Origin: a virus
Lineage: Duplodnaviria > Caudoviricetes
Direction: 5' to 3' (one strand)
Length of the DNA: 24,849 nucleotides
IMG/VR virus record: IMGVR_UViG_3300032312_002346
Span: 1 to 24,849 of that record
A model generated the notes under the pieces. It was not told the origin of the DNA and made no database searches. It saw only the letters and a program-made list of their open reading frames with translations. This document shows positions 8,027 to 17,315 of this stretch, piece after piece. Positions within the stretch are counted from its first letter, which is position 1. Each line of letters begins with the position of its first letter. Both the position numbers and the translations under genes were made by a program.

Positions 8027-9455
8027 TTAATACAAAGCCTGATGCTTGAGATTTATTATTGTGAGAAAGTTCTAGTTTAGTTTGTCCTTCTGTAACCTTC
8101 GCACACCAACCTTTCATGTGACAATTAATATAATCGTTATCATCCAATCCTCCACCATGTCTACTGATAATAGGTATTAATTTTCTATTACCAGAACTTC
8201 CACCGTCTTCGGCTATTTCTTCATCGCTCTTTCTTTTAAAGATAGTAAAATTACTACATAGCCAAATTATTCTATCAGATCCGCTTGCAGTATCCGTACT
8301 TTCTTTTGTTATACCATCTCTGTTTAATTGTATAAAAGCTACAATAGGTACTTTATATTTTACAGCAAAATTATGTAATGCTGTCATCATAAATCCAAGA
8401 ACCTGATATTCTTTCATATCCTGAGATAAACCGGCAGAATCCATTAATTTCAAATAATCATAAAATATAACGCACTCTTTTGCTGAACCATCATCATTTA
8501 ATCCTACCTCTTTTACTATCCATCTTCTCATAATAGCTAATTGTTCATCAAAAGGCTTACCAGCTATTACTTTATAATAAAGAGGAGTCTGTTTTAATTC
8601 CTGAACAAAATCTTTTATCTTTGAAGAATGTATAGGAGAGTCCGAAAACTTTCCTGTTTCAATTTTATTTATCTCTATTTCTGTGCCCATAGCTATTAGT
8701 CTATGAATATGGTCATTTTTTGACATTTCTGTATCCATATTCAAAACTGGTATTTTTAATTTATTAGCAATATGCAAACCCATATTATCTGCTAAAAGAG
8801 TCTTACCAGTTTTTGGACGAGCCGCTATAACATTAACAGTACCTTTTCTAAGACCTCCTCCTATTGCTTGGTCGTATACTGGAAAACCAGTAGATATGCC
8901 AACTTGATCAATAGGATTTTCTTGGAGATATTCTATGTATTCTTCTATTCCATGGCTGATACATTCAGGAGAATTATCATTATCTTTACTTAATGAAGAC
9001 ACAAAGTTAAAAACAGAATCTTCTGCAATACCCAATATAGACGCAATGGTTTCTGATCCATTAACATCTAATAGTTTTTCTTGAGTATTTTCTAATTCTT
9101 TATGTAGAGATCTGGCTATTTCTAATTTTTTGATTTTTGCAGAAAATTTTCTGATATTCTCTAGATTAACTGGAAAATCTTTAATAGCCTTTAAATGTTG
9201 GGCCTCTTCTTTTTTTGATAAAATATGAGACAATCCCAAGTCTTGTGCTACTGAATAGATAGATGCTATGTCTATCTCGCTTTGAGATGGATTGTTTTCT
9301 ATAATAGATTTTAAACACTTAAAAATAAATTGATTACTATCAATTGTAAATGTGGATTCTTCTACTATGTCAGAAATTTCCAAAAAAGCTTTTTCACCAT
9401 AATGGAACATACCACTCAATACAGCTCTTTCAGCTGATGGATCACACAAAATCAT
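7986..9455 (-). CDS. dnaB: Replicative DNA helicase DnaB
   Basis: AERAVLS, GISTGF, IAARPKTGKT (Walker A), TEMS, FYDYLKLM (Walker B), QLNR. Start reassigned to MILCD (9455), which removes the overlap with the upstream ORF. Confidence 0.92.
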   Translation of the reverse strand: MILCDPSAERAVLSGMFHYGEKAFLEISDIVEESTFTIDSNQFIFKCLKSIIENNPSQSEIDIASIYSVAQDLGLSHILSKKEEAQHLKAIKDFPVNLENIRKFSAKIKKLEIARSLHKELENTQEKLLDVNGSETIASILGIAEDSVFNFVSSLSKDNDNSPECISHGIEEYIEYLQENPIDQVGISTGFPVYDQAIGGGLRKGTVNVIAARPKTGKTLLADNMGLHIANKLKIPVLNMDTEMSKNDHIHRLIAMGTEIEINKIETGKFSDSPIHSSKIKDFVQELKQTPLYYKVIAGKPFDEQLAIMRRWIVKEVGLNDDGSAKECVIFYDYLKLMDSAGLSQDMKEYQVLGFMMTALHNFAVKYKVPIVAFIQLNRDGITKESTDTASGSDRIIWLCSNFTIFKRKSDEEIAEDGGSSGNRKLIPIISRHGGGLDDNDYINCHMKGWCAKVTEGQTKLELSHNNKSQASGFVLNENDEQKEEIPFV

Positions 9456-9462
9456 TTTAACT

Positions 9463-9849
9463 TTAGCCTGCTGATGTTGAACAATTATTACATTTATATC
9501 TTGCGGAAGATTCATTAACCAACGACGGGCTAACATCCTCTTCCTTGCCGCAGACGCGACACTTCACTCTCATAGTCTCAAAATCTCTCGCCCTGGCAAC
9601 AGGGGCATGTTTTGACAATTTTTTATCAATTTCGATATCATCCTTATGCATACCTTTTTCTGACATAGATTCAAATTTATTTGGTCTTTTTTGAGAAAAA
9701 TTTTTCTTACCATCCTTAGTCCTGATAGGATTAACGAAAGACTCATCAGTATCTTCTGATTGCTGTTTTTGTTCAGGAATAAGCTGTTGCAGGACAGATA
9801 TTAGCTGTTTTATTTGGTCTGGATTTTTCATTAATTCATTAAGATCCAT
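9463..9849 (-). CDS. Hypothetical protein with C-terminal Zn ribbon
   Basis: CRVC and CNNC pairs; tightly packed between neighbours. Confidence 0.7.
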   Translation of the reverse strand: MDLNELMKNPDQIKQLISVLQQLIPEQKQQSEDTDESFVNPIRTKDGKKNFSQKRPNKFESMSEKGMHKDDIEIDKKLSKHAPVARARDFETMRVKCRVCGKEEDVSPSLVNESSARYKCNNCSTSAG

Positions 9850-10327
9850 GTTTCACCTTCGTTTTTTGAATGGATAAGATAATATCGGATAGATTTTTAA
9901 TATTATTAGCCAAATACGATAATCTATCAGTTCTTTGTTTAGCGTATTTTTTAATATTGCTTAGAGATAAAGCTTTATCATTATGTTTAATAGCCTGTAA
10001 AGATTTTTCTATAAATCCATAACCCTTATAATTATTAATTTCATCAGCTATTGTTTCTTTGATATACTCTTCAGCCCAATTATATCTAGCAATTTCTCTA
10101 TTAATAGTTCTTTGTAGATGAAATGCAAATTGACCAAGCCTATAAGATATTTGAGCACAATCTTCTGGTGATAGTTTTTCTAGTGCGTCTCTATTCATCG
10201 TTAAATAATCATTTAACTCTGATTCTGGTAATAATGATGGTGAATATTTGGGCAAAGATAGGCTCTGCTCATATTCATCAAGAATAGAATCCCAGTATTG
10301 AAGTTCTTCTTTAGATGTTTTGTTCAT
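9839..10327 (-). CDS. Helical/coiled-coil protein, possibly a UvsY-like recombination mediator
   Basis: 162 aa from MNKTSKEE (GGAG upstream). Appears all-alpha; size and position two genes after recA resemble UvsY. The function is inference only. Confidence 0.55.
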   Translation of the reverse strand: MNKTSKEELQYWDSILDEYEQSLSLPKYSPSLLPESELNDYLTMNRDALEKLSPEDCAQISYRLGQFAFHLQRTINREIARYNWAEEYIKETIADEINNYKGYGFIEKSLQAIKHNDKALSLSNIKKYAKQRTDRLSYLANNIKNLSDIILSIQKTKVKHGS

Positions 10328-10727
10328 TAGAAATTTTCTTTCTCCACTCTTCCATGCTTTCGTTATATGGTAGTACAATTTGTTTTATACTATTTATTTC
10401 ACACCATTCTGTTTTGTCTCTGTCTCTTTTTTGAGATTTTATAAAAGCTAAAACATTATTATGATAAAATGGTATAAATTTATAATGTTGCTCGCCATGA
10501 ATTTCTATGCATGTTTTTTTTAATGGTAAATAAAAATCCAAAAATAAAGTTTCGGATCTTCTTATGGAAATAGGAACCTCTTCTAAAATTTGTAGGGTAG
10601 GAAATTCTTTTGCTAAGATATTTCTTGCCTGCAAATGAAGACTGGACTTATTGAGCATTCTACCCTTTGCAATATGACCTGTCAAGTGCCAAACGGAAAG
10701 ATTTCCATCCAAATCCTTTACTGTCAT
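10311..10727 (-). CDS. PD-(D/E)XK endonuclease, Vsr/DUF559-like
   Basis: LFLDFYLP, CIEIHGEQHY, RDRDK, WCEINSI..LPY pattern. Confidence 0.75.
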   Translation of the reverse strand: MTVKDLDGNLSVWHLTGHIAKGRMLNKSSLHLQARNILAKEFPTLQILEEVPISIRRSETLFLDFYLPLKKTCIEIHGEQHYKFIPFYHNNVLAFIKSQKRDRDKTEWCEINSIKQIVLPYNESMEEWRKKISNEQNI

Positions 10728-11734
10728 TTTATTCCCATTGTTTCTTTAACGGACTGTAACAAAGAGTCGTACACCTTAGAATTATCTAATAGATATTGAC
10801 GAACTTTTTCTGTACCTTGAAATTTTGGTTTATCTTCAACAGAGGTTATTGTGTACCAAGCCCCTCCTTTACTGATTAGTCCGAGATCAGATGCTAAATT
10901 TATTAGTTCAGTATGCTTATCTATTCCTTGTCCATATCTAATATAACTAGAAATTACAGCACCAGGAGGACCAAGTGCAGAACACAATACTTGCCATTCA
11001 ATCTCTTGTCCTATTTGAGTATTATCACTACTTAGAACCCATGGTTTAAATGTTTTAGCTCTAATTTTTACGTCTGTTTGATAAGCAATAGCCTGACCGC
11101 TTTTTTCTTTAAATTCTGCACCATATCCTGTTGGATTGCCCATTAAATGAGTAATACCTATTACTATATTCTTATTTACAGGAATAACATTTGCGACTTT
11201 ACGACAAAATTTAGCTAATAATTTTGCACCGTCTGCGCGTTGCATTTTATCCATATCGCTAGTTATTTCGGCCTCGGTACATAATGCTGAATATGAATCT
11301 ATTATAAGTATACTTCCAGGTTCTTCGTTTATAATTCTTTCGGCTATTTGTAGATATTCTTCTGCGTGTAATATTTTTCCTTGTTGACTACCAATAACAT
11401 GAAATCTTTTTAGATCTAATCCCGGTATTCCTTCTAAATCTCTTTTCTTCAAACGACCTTCTATGTTTAGATAATAAACAGATCTTGGATTTTTTAAATC
11501 TCCTTGATATTCTGGTTTTTGTGCTGTTGCTGCAAAGTCTAGACTTGTGGTTGTTTTTCCGCATTTTGGTTGTCCTGTTAGAACAACAAAACTTCCTTCT
11601 GGAATACCTCCATTCAAAATAATATCTAAAGATGGACTTACTGGTATAGTGATAACTTTTTTATCAACAATAGCATTACCGCTCAAGATAATATCTTCGC
11701 CAAATGTTTTTAAAACATCCTCTTTAAGAGTCAT
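10724..11734 (-). CDS. recA: RecA/UvsX-like recombinase
   Basis: SPSLDIILNGGIPEG, GQPKCGKT (Walker A), AEEYL, LIIDS (Walker B), SGQAI, YGQGID, LGLISKGGAWY, FQG. Confidence 0.88.
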   Translation of the reverse strand: MTLKEDVLKTFGEDIILSGNAIVDKKVITIPVSPSLDIILNGGIPEGSFVVLTGQPKCGKTTTSLDFAATAQKPEYQGDLKNPRSVYYLNIEGRLKKRDLEGIPGLDLKRFHVIGSQQGKILHAEEYLQIAERIINEEPGSILIIDSYSALCTEAEITSDMDKMQRADGAKLLAKFCRKVANVIPVNKNIVIGITHLMGNPTGYGAEFKEKSGQAIAYQTDVKIRAKTFKPWVLSSDNTQIGQEIEWQVLCSALGPPGAVISSYIRYGQGIDKHTELINLASDLGLISKGGAWYTITSVEDKPKFQGTEKVRQYLLDNSKVYDSLLQSVKETMGIK

Positions 11735-12149
11735 AATCTAAATTCCTTAATTTTGAAATAATATTTTTATTATTCGGATTTGTATCTTTTCTGTAAGTTT
11801 TTTTATCATCTCTATTAATATCAAGAGATAATATCGTATTTTCAGATTCGATCATTTGTTCTTGTTGCTCTATAATAGCTGGTAAATGAGGCGCTCGCAA
11901 AGAATAGATTTTTTCTGCTTGCTTGCTCTTTAAAGCCTTTATAATAGATTTAGGTTTATATTTTTCTAAAAGTTTGTGGGCAGCAGCTATTTGATTTCTA
12001 TAGTAAACTTCCCATTTTTTATTAGTCCAAAATCTATAATGTAGATCGAGCTTATCTTTTTTTGCTTTATTTTCACATATCAATTCTGTTATATATTGTG
12101 CTGCTGAAACTGATTTTCCATTAGAGTATTTAGATATATATTTATCCAT
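11724..12149 (-). CDS. Hypothetical basic protein
   Basis: Start reassigned to MDKYISKYS (12149), overlapping the upstream stop by 8 nt; no recognisable motif. Confidence 0.7.
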   Translation of the reverse strand: MDKYISKYSNGKSVSAAQYITELICENKAKKDKLDLHYRFWTNKKWEVYYRNQIAAAHKLLEKYKPKSIIKALKSKQAEKIYSLRAPHLPAIIEQQEQMIESENTILSLDINRDDKKTYRKDTNPNNKNIISKLRNLDYDS

Positions 12150-12483
12150 TATCCCTTGGCCTAAAAATATGACTAGAATTTTTATTAGTAGCATCATACG
12201 ATGATTTTAGCTGATCATTATTTTGCGAAGCTTCTTTGGTCATGATTGAAACATTATTTGTATTTTTTGCAGCCGTGTGCCTTATCATCATATCGTGAGA
12301 TTTAGAAACTGGGGACTTGGCTGTTTTTATAGATGGACTATCTGTAACGGTTGTTGTTTTTTCCAGTATCTTTTCAACTTGTTTTTCTGTTATAGATAGC
12401 TCTGTTGCTATATCTAGATTGTTCTTTCCTTGACTGTTTAGCCACTGTATAGCATATGCTTGTGTTTTCGATAATCTGCTCAT
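12142..12483 (-). CDS. Putative HTH DNA-binding protein
   Basis: N-terminus LSKTQAYAIQWLNSQGKNNLDIATELSITEKQVEKIL resembles a sigma-region-4/LuxR-type HTH; ATGA coupling and GGAGG RBS. Confidence 0.6.
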   Translation of the reverse strand: MSRLSKTQAYAIQWLNSQGKNNLDIATELSITEKQVEKILEKTTTVTDSPSIKTAKSPVSKSHDMMIRHTAAKNTNNVSIMTKEASQNNDQLKSSYDATNKNSSHIFRPRDNG

Positions 12484-12857
12484 ATAGCCTCCCTTTCAGC
12501 ATTATTTAACCATGCTGTGTTTTTTGTTTTTAAAAATTTAATATACATATCAAATACTTTTAGATTTACTTCTTTAAATTTATCATTAGATTTACATACT
12601 CTATCTAAAAAAGTATTATCTTTCTTAGATCCATAAATTGAAAAAGGATTCACAAATTTACCGCCATCGCATTTGATAGAAAATCTTAGTGATCCATCGT
12701 CTCTATAGATTTTTTTGGCAATAACTCTTGTATCATTTTCATTAGAAACTCTAGGATTATTATTTTTATCAATAAAATCTTCATTACCAATCGTACTGTA
12801 AAATTCATTTAATGTACTATTTTCTTGTTTTTTATTTTCATGTATAAAGTTATTCAT
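12480..12857 (-). CDS. Hypothetical protein, paralog of 13502..13879
   Basis: Shares FID.N..PR, NPF, VCK....F.EV and YI.FLKT.N..W..NA.RE with the 13502..13879 product. Confidence 0.8.
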   Translation of the reverse strand: MNNFIHENKKQENSTLNEFYSTIGNEDFIDKNNNPRVSNENDTRVIAKKIYRDDGSLRFSIKCDGGKFVNPFSIYGSKKDNTFLDRVCKSNDKFKEVNLKVFDMYIKFLKTKNTAWLNNAEREAI

Positions 12858-13149
12858 TTTTATCCTCTGTTTTTTGTATTTGATAAGCTTCGCTCGCAGA
12901 AGCAGATAATGAATTTTCTAGAAATTTAAAAAAAGTATTTAGAAAAATTTTATGATCTTTGTCATTTGGTATTGGTATATGATAGTTTTGAGCATAAATA
13001 TTTTGTGAGTTTGATAGTTGGCCTTCGTTCTCTTCTAATAGAGAAGCAGATATACTGAATAGTAATTCATATTTACATTCGCTTAGTTTTTGTTCGTCTA
13101 CAAAAAACTCATCATAATTATTATTAAAATTATTTTCTTCTTTGTTCAT
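12850..13149 (-). CDS. Hypothetical acidic protein
   Basis: 99 aa, coupled at both ends; no motif recognised. Confidence 0.7.
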   Translation of the reverse strand: MNKEENNFNNNYDEFFVDEQKLSECKYELLFSISASLLEENEGQLSNSQNIYAQNYHIPIPNDKDHKIFLNTFFKFLENSLSASASEAYQIQKTEDKNE

Positions 13150-13502
13150 TTATCGTCCGTCCATTTAATTTTTGGGCTTTTTTCTAGTCTTGTCATTCCT
13201 GTTGGTAATTCTTTCATATTGCTAGTATCTTCTTTATAAGAATTATGTTTCTTAACCAAATTATCTTTTTCATCATTGCTTAATCTGTCTCTGTTTCTAT
13301 TTGCTAAGTCTCCTAATGTTTTTAACTCAGAGTCTGATTTTTTTACAGACATACTTATTGATGAGCAGTCAAATGTATACTCTCTGTATACTTTAGAACT
13401 ACTACAAGATGGACACTTTTGATTTGAAGAATAATCTTTTATTGATGAAAAGATTTCAAATATTTGTGAGCAATTTTCACAGGAAAATGTATAAGTGGGC
13501 AT
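13146..13502 (-). CDS. FmdB-family zinc-ribbon protein
   Basis: MPTYTFSCENC...FE...CPSCSS..V.R signature. Confidence 0.85.
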   Translation of the reverse strand: MPTYTFSCENCSQIFEIFSSIKDYSSNQKCPSCSSSKVYREYTFDCSSISMSVKKSDSELKTLGDLANRNRDRLSNDEKDNLVKKHNSYKEDTSNMKELPTGMTRLEKSPKIKWTDDK

Positions 13503-13879
13503 TATCTGATTTCTCTTTGAGCATTATGAAACCAGGTTGGATTTTCTGTTTTTAGAAAATTAATATACTTATTAAATATAGATTCTGTTACTTCGCTAAA
13601 ATTATTTGTATTTTTACAAACATTATTGATAAATGATTTATTATTTTTATTTGGATCAAATGGATTCAATATGTTTTTATTTGGATCTGTTCTAATATAA
13701 AACGATGGATACAATATATTATTATCTAGGCTTTTACGCTTTTTATTATTAACAATTTTAGCATAAGTAAATTCTGTTTCTGAATCTGACCTAGGATATC
13801 CGTTTTCATCAATAAATGATTGATATTTATTTGTTGTATAATATTGTGCTGAATTATTCATTTTAAATACGTGTTGCAA
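13502..13879 (-). CDS. Hypothetical protein, paralog of 12480..12857 (start 13879 or 13861)
   Basis: Same shared motifs as its paralog. ATG at 13861 (MNNSAQ) is an alternative start, 4-nt overlapped with the HNH stop. Confidence 0.8.
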   Translation of the reverse strand: MQHVFKMNNSAQYYTTNKYQSFIDENGYPRSDSETEFTYAKIVNNKKRKSLDNNILYPSFYIRTDPNKNILNPFDPNKNNKSFINNVCKNTNNFSEVTESIFNKYINFLKTENPTWFHNAQREIR

Positions 13880-14442
13880 ACCTCAACCAAGTCCTTATTT
13901 GAATAATCTATATTAGACAAGTCCTTGGCCCAAGGCAAGTAATCAATAGAATATTTTGGCTGTATAGGGATATTTATTAATTCCATGCTAGCTTCCTCTG
14001 GTGTCCTATTTCCTTTTTTAAAGTTACATCTTACACAAGCTGTTACTACATTATACCAATTTGTACATTGATGTCTTTTACCTTTAAATTTAGATTTTGG
14101 TACAACATGATCATATGTTAATTCTGATATAATAAATTTTTGACCACAATATTGACAAGTGTAATTATCTCTTATATAAAGATTTTTTCTAGAAAAATTA
14201 ATTGGTTTATTATAAAGATTAAAGAATTTATTTGTTTTTGCTATAAGAGGTAGTGGATATTGCTTACCACAGGCTCCTTGAATAAATTTATTTTTATAAT
14301 ACTCTATTATTTCTATAGAAGAGTCATAATTTGTATTATATCTTAATGACCATACTATTGCCTTTTGCCAATTTATAATTTTTAATGGTGTAAAATCAGC
14401 ATTTAGCAATAGACATCTAAGATTTTCCGTTTGATTGTTCAT
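13858..14442 (-). CDS. HNH endonuclease (HNH_5/McrA-like)
   Basis: CLLLNADF.PL, RDNYTCQYCG, LTYDHVVPKS, WYNVVTACVRCNFKKG. Confidence 0.9.
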   Translation of the reverse strand: MNNQTENLRCLLLNADFTPLKIINWQKAIVWSLRYNTNYDSSIEIIEYYKNKFIQGACGKQYPLPLIAKTNKFFNLYNKPINFSRKNLYIRDNYTCQYCGQKFIISELTYDHVVPKSKFKGKRHQCTNWYNVVTACVRCNFKKGNRTPEEASMELINIPIQPKYSIDYLPWAKDLSNIDYSNKDLVEVCNTYLK

Positions 14443-15148
14443 AGCTATCTAGTCTTGACAGTATCTTGCCTATTATTGGATTTCTTACAATATCAGAAAA
14501 ATCTAAATTAGCTACTCCTATGCCTTCAACACCATCAAGCATTTTGGTCATTGTATAAAAACCACCCTGCATATGTTTGTGTAAGTCAGATTGACTCACA
14601 TCGCCGGTCAATACCATTCTACTATCAGTACCTAGTCTTGTCAAGAGCATTTTTAATTGATCGTAAGATGCATTTTGACACTCATCTGCTACAATAAATG
14701 AATTATGAAAATTCCTTCCCCTCATTAATCCTAATGGAACTATTTCTATTTTATTATTTGTTTTTAATGAAGTGAATTCAGCAGAGGATATAAAATAATT
14801 TACTTCGTCTAGTAAAGGCAATAGATAGGGATGCAATTTTTCTTCTGCTGTTCCTGGTAAATATCCAATTTTTTCACCACTTTCAACAACAGGTCTGGTA
14901 ATAATAATTTTTTTAACCTTATTATCTAATAAATATTCTAAAGCCATTCCTATTGCTATGTGAGTTTTTCCACTACCGGCTACTCCTTGACAGAAAGTAA
15001 TACAATTTTCAGCAATTCTTCTAATGTATTCCTTTTGATTATCTGTCCTTGGTTTTAATCTATTTCTATAGGTTTGATGAGGAATAGATAGTTGATTGGT
15101 GGCATCAATCACTTTGGTCTTTTTGGACCTTTTGGTATTTTTTTTCAA
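14417..15148 (-). CDS. phoH: PhoH-family ATPase
   Basis: GVAGSGKT, ITRPVVE, GYLPG, MRGRNF, DECQN, LLTRLG, TGDVSQSD, DIVRN. TTG start. Confidence 0.93.
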   Translation of the reverse strand: MKKNTKRSKKTKVIDATNQLSIPHQTYRNRLKPRTDNQKEYIRRIAENCITFCQGVAGSGKTHIAIGMALEYLLDNKVKKIIITRPVVESGEKIGYLPGTAEEKLHPYLLPLLDEVNYFISSAEFTSLKTNNKIEIVPLGLMRGRNFHNSFIVADECQNASYDQLKMLLTRLGTDSRMVLTGDVSQSDLHKHMQGGFYTMTKMLDGVEGIGVANLDFSDIVRNPIIGKILSRLDSYEQSNGKS

Positions 15149-15188
15149 AAGCTAACCCTTGTTTGTAGGTATCAATACTGCCGCTTTA

Positions 15189-15204
15189 TGTATTATAATA
15201 CACC
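15189..15204 (-). promoter_or_regulatory. GGTGTA-AT-rich motif with perfect 14-bp palindrome upstream of phoH
   Basis: Minus strand GGTGTATTATAATACA in the dut-phoH gap; TGTATTATAATACA (15189-15202) is self-complementary. Confidence 0.55.
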
Positions 15205-15218
15205 ACTAAACTATATTT

Positions 15219-15644
15219 TTAGGTTCCGCTAGAACCAAAGCCTTTATCTGATCTGCTAGTATTCCCCAGTTCATTTATCTCTGAAAAAGATAAAGGATGG
15301 TATGTTTCTATAATTAACTGAGCAATCCTATCACCAATTTTAATTTCAAATGATTTTTCTTTATCAGTATTGATCAGAACAACTCCTATAATCCCTCTGT
15401 AGCCGTTATCAATAACTCCTGCCAATACATCGATTCCATTTTTAAAAGCAAGCCCTGAGCGTGGAGCTATGCGTCCATAGAGGTTGTCCTGTGGTAATTC
15501 AATTGATATGCCAGTACTTACAAGAGTTCTAGATTGAGGAGGTATTGTGATATTTTCTACAGAATATAAATCTGCACCAGCATCTCCTGGGTTGGCTCTT
15601 GTTGGTAATTTTGCATTAATATGTTCCTTTTTTACTTTAATCAT
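15219..15644 (-). CDS. dut: Trimeric dUTPase
   Basis: AGADL, IAPRSGLA, GVIDNGYRG, DRIAQL, RSDKGFGSSG (motifs 1-5). Confidence 0.96.
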   Translation of the reverse strand: MIKVKKEHINAKLPTRANPGDAGADLYSVENITIPPQSRTLVSTGISIELPQDNLYGRIAPRSGLAFKNGIDVLAGVIDNGYRGIIGVVLINTDKEKSFEIKIGDRIAQLIIETYHPLSFSEINELGNTSRSDKGFGSSGT

Positions 15645-15647
15645 TTA

Positions 15648-17300
15648 TTATGCCTCACATGATGAACAGGTTAAAATACTTCTTGCTAATTCTTGTGCTG
15701 GATTGGCTGATCTTTGATAATAAAATGTTTTTATTCCCATTTGCCATCCTTCTATTAATAAAGTACTTACTTCTTTTGGTGGACAAGTAGGACTTATCAT
15801 TATGTTCAATGACTGTGCTTGATCGATATACTTTTGTCTTTGAGATGCTTGTATAACGATTTCTTTTTGACTTAGTTCACCAAATGTTTTGAAAACACTT
15901 TTCTCAGTTTCTGTTAAAAACTTTAAATGTTGCACAGAACCGCCTCTAACTAGAATACTTTTCCAAGTTTCTTCATTATTCTTATCGTAATTTTTAAGTA
16001 GTTCTTTTAGATATGGATTTTTATAAGTAAATTTACCTTTAGCTAAATTTTTAACAAAATAATTAGAATTTAATGGCTCTATAGATGGACTTACCTGACC
16101 AAGAATAAAGCTACTAGATGTTGTTGGGGCAATGGCTAGTGTGGTTATATTCCTACGATTATATCCGGTTAAGAACTCAGGCTCTCCTAATAGAACCGCT
16201 AAGTCTTCCGTAGCCTTATCTGATTTTTGTCTAATATTTTTCCATATATCGATATTGAGCATTTTTGCTTCCATCGACTCAAATGGTATCATTTTTGACT
16301 GCAATAAAGAATGCCATCCAAGAACTCCCATTCCTAATGCTCTTTGTTCTTTTGCAAATTTATGAGCCGCCTCCATAAAAGGCATATCTTTTGTTTTTTC
16401 TATAAATTCTTCATTTACAGCATCCAAAAAATATACAAGTGTTTCTATAGCATCGGTTTCCTTAATCTCGTCCCAATGAAGCAGATTAAGGGATGATAGT
16501 ACGCAAACAAAAGAATTATCTTTGTCTGATACTAATTGTATTTCACTGCATAGATTTGATGCTTTAATTTTTATCTTTTTATCTTTGTATGCTTTAGGAG
16601 CATTTTTATTTGAGGTATCGCTAAACATTATATAAGGATACCCTGTTTCAAATCTTTTCTTTATAACTTTAGCCCATATTGCTCTTTTATCTTTATCACC
16701 GTCTACCATAGACTGCATCCATTTATCAGTAATAGTAATTCCTATACTCATATTTTGAATAGGATGACCTTCTGATCTTATTTGTAAAAATTCGTCTATA
16801 TCAGAATGGTCTATTGGAAGATATGCGGCAAAAGAACCTCTTCTTGCTGATCCTTGAGAAACTACATCAGCGACTTTATCATAAAGTTCCATGAAATGAA
16901 TAGGTCCGCTAGATTCTCCTCCTACACTTATTTTAGCTCCTCTTGGTCTTAAGTCTCCAAAAAAACCAGATGTTCCACCCCCCATTTTGCTCATCATTCC
17001 AACTTCTGCTGTTTTATATAAAATAGAATCCATCGTATCGTCAATAAAAGATCCAAAGCAACTTACTGGTAAACCTCTTTCATTTCCAAAATTTGTCCAA
17101 ACAGGAGTGGCTAATGAATAGAATCCTCTACTCATATAGTTTTCAAACTTTTTAGAAAAGCCTTTTATTTTTAATATTTTTTCTGCATTATCGGATATCT
17201 GTTTTATCCTATCTTCTGGACTAACATTTTCTGGTAAATATCCTCTGGCTAAAAATGTTCGACTATTGGTATTTAACCAATAATATTTTTTATCTGTCAT
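15648..17300 (-). CDS. nrdA: Ribonucleotide reductase class I alpha subunit, no ATP cone
   Basis: PVSCF, KMGGG, RRGS, SNLCSEI, VCVLSS, IAPTTSSS, KTFYY, C-terminal CSSCEA. At 550 aa it lacks an N-terminal ATP cone. Confidence 0.95.
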   Translation of the reverse strand: MTDKKYYWLNTNSRTFLARGYLPENVSPEDRIKQISDNAEKILKIKGFSKKFENYMSRGFYSLATPVWTNFGNERGLPVSCFGSFIDDTMDSILYKTAEVGMMSKMGGGTSGFFGDLRPRGAKISVGGESSGPIHFMELYDKVADVVSQGSARRGSFAAYLPIDHSDIDEFLQIRSEGHPIQNMSIGITITDKWMQSMVDGDKDKRAIWAKVIKKRFETGYPYIMFSDTSNKNAPKAYKDKKIKIKASNLCSEIQLVSDKDNSFVCVLSSLNLLHWDEIKETDAIETLVYFLDAVNEEFIEKTKDMPFMEAAHKFAKEQRALGMGVLGWHSLLQSKMIPFESMEAKMLNIDIWKNIRQKSDKATEDLAVLLGEPEFLTGYNRRNITTLAIAPTTSSSFILGQVSPSIEPLNSNYFVKNLAKGKFTYKNPYLKELLKNYDKNNEETWKSILVRGGSVQHLKFLTETEKSVFKTFGELSQKEIVIQASQRQKYIDQAQSLNIMISPTCPPKEVSTLLIEGWQMGIKTFYYQRSANPAQELARSILTCSSCEA

Positions 17301-17315
17301 CTTATAATAATCCTT

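Noticed and set aside
10762-10775. GGTGTA copy inside the 3' end of recA
   Set aside because: Followed by CGACTC rather than the AT-rich tail and explained by coding sequence (KVYDS).
13888-13927. Short direct repeat CAAGTCCTT in the HNH 3' end
   Set aside because: Only two 9-bp copies, both encoding KDL; no array structure.
13858-14442. HNH as a mobile homing endonuclease or defence system
   Set aside because: It is a free-standing HNH_5-type gene overlapping both neighbours, not inside an intron, and has no adjacent methyltransferase.
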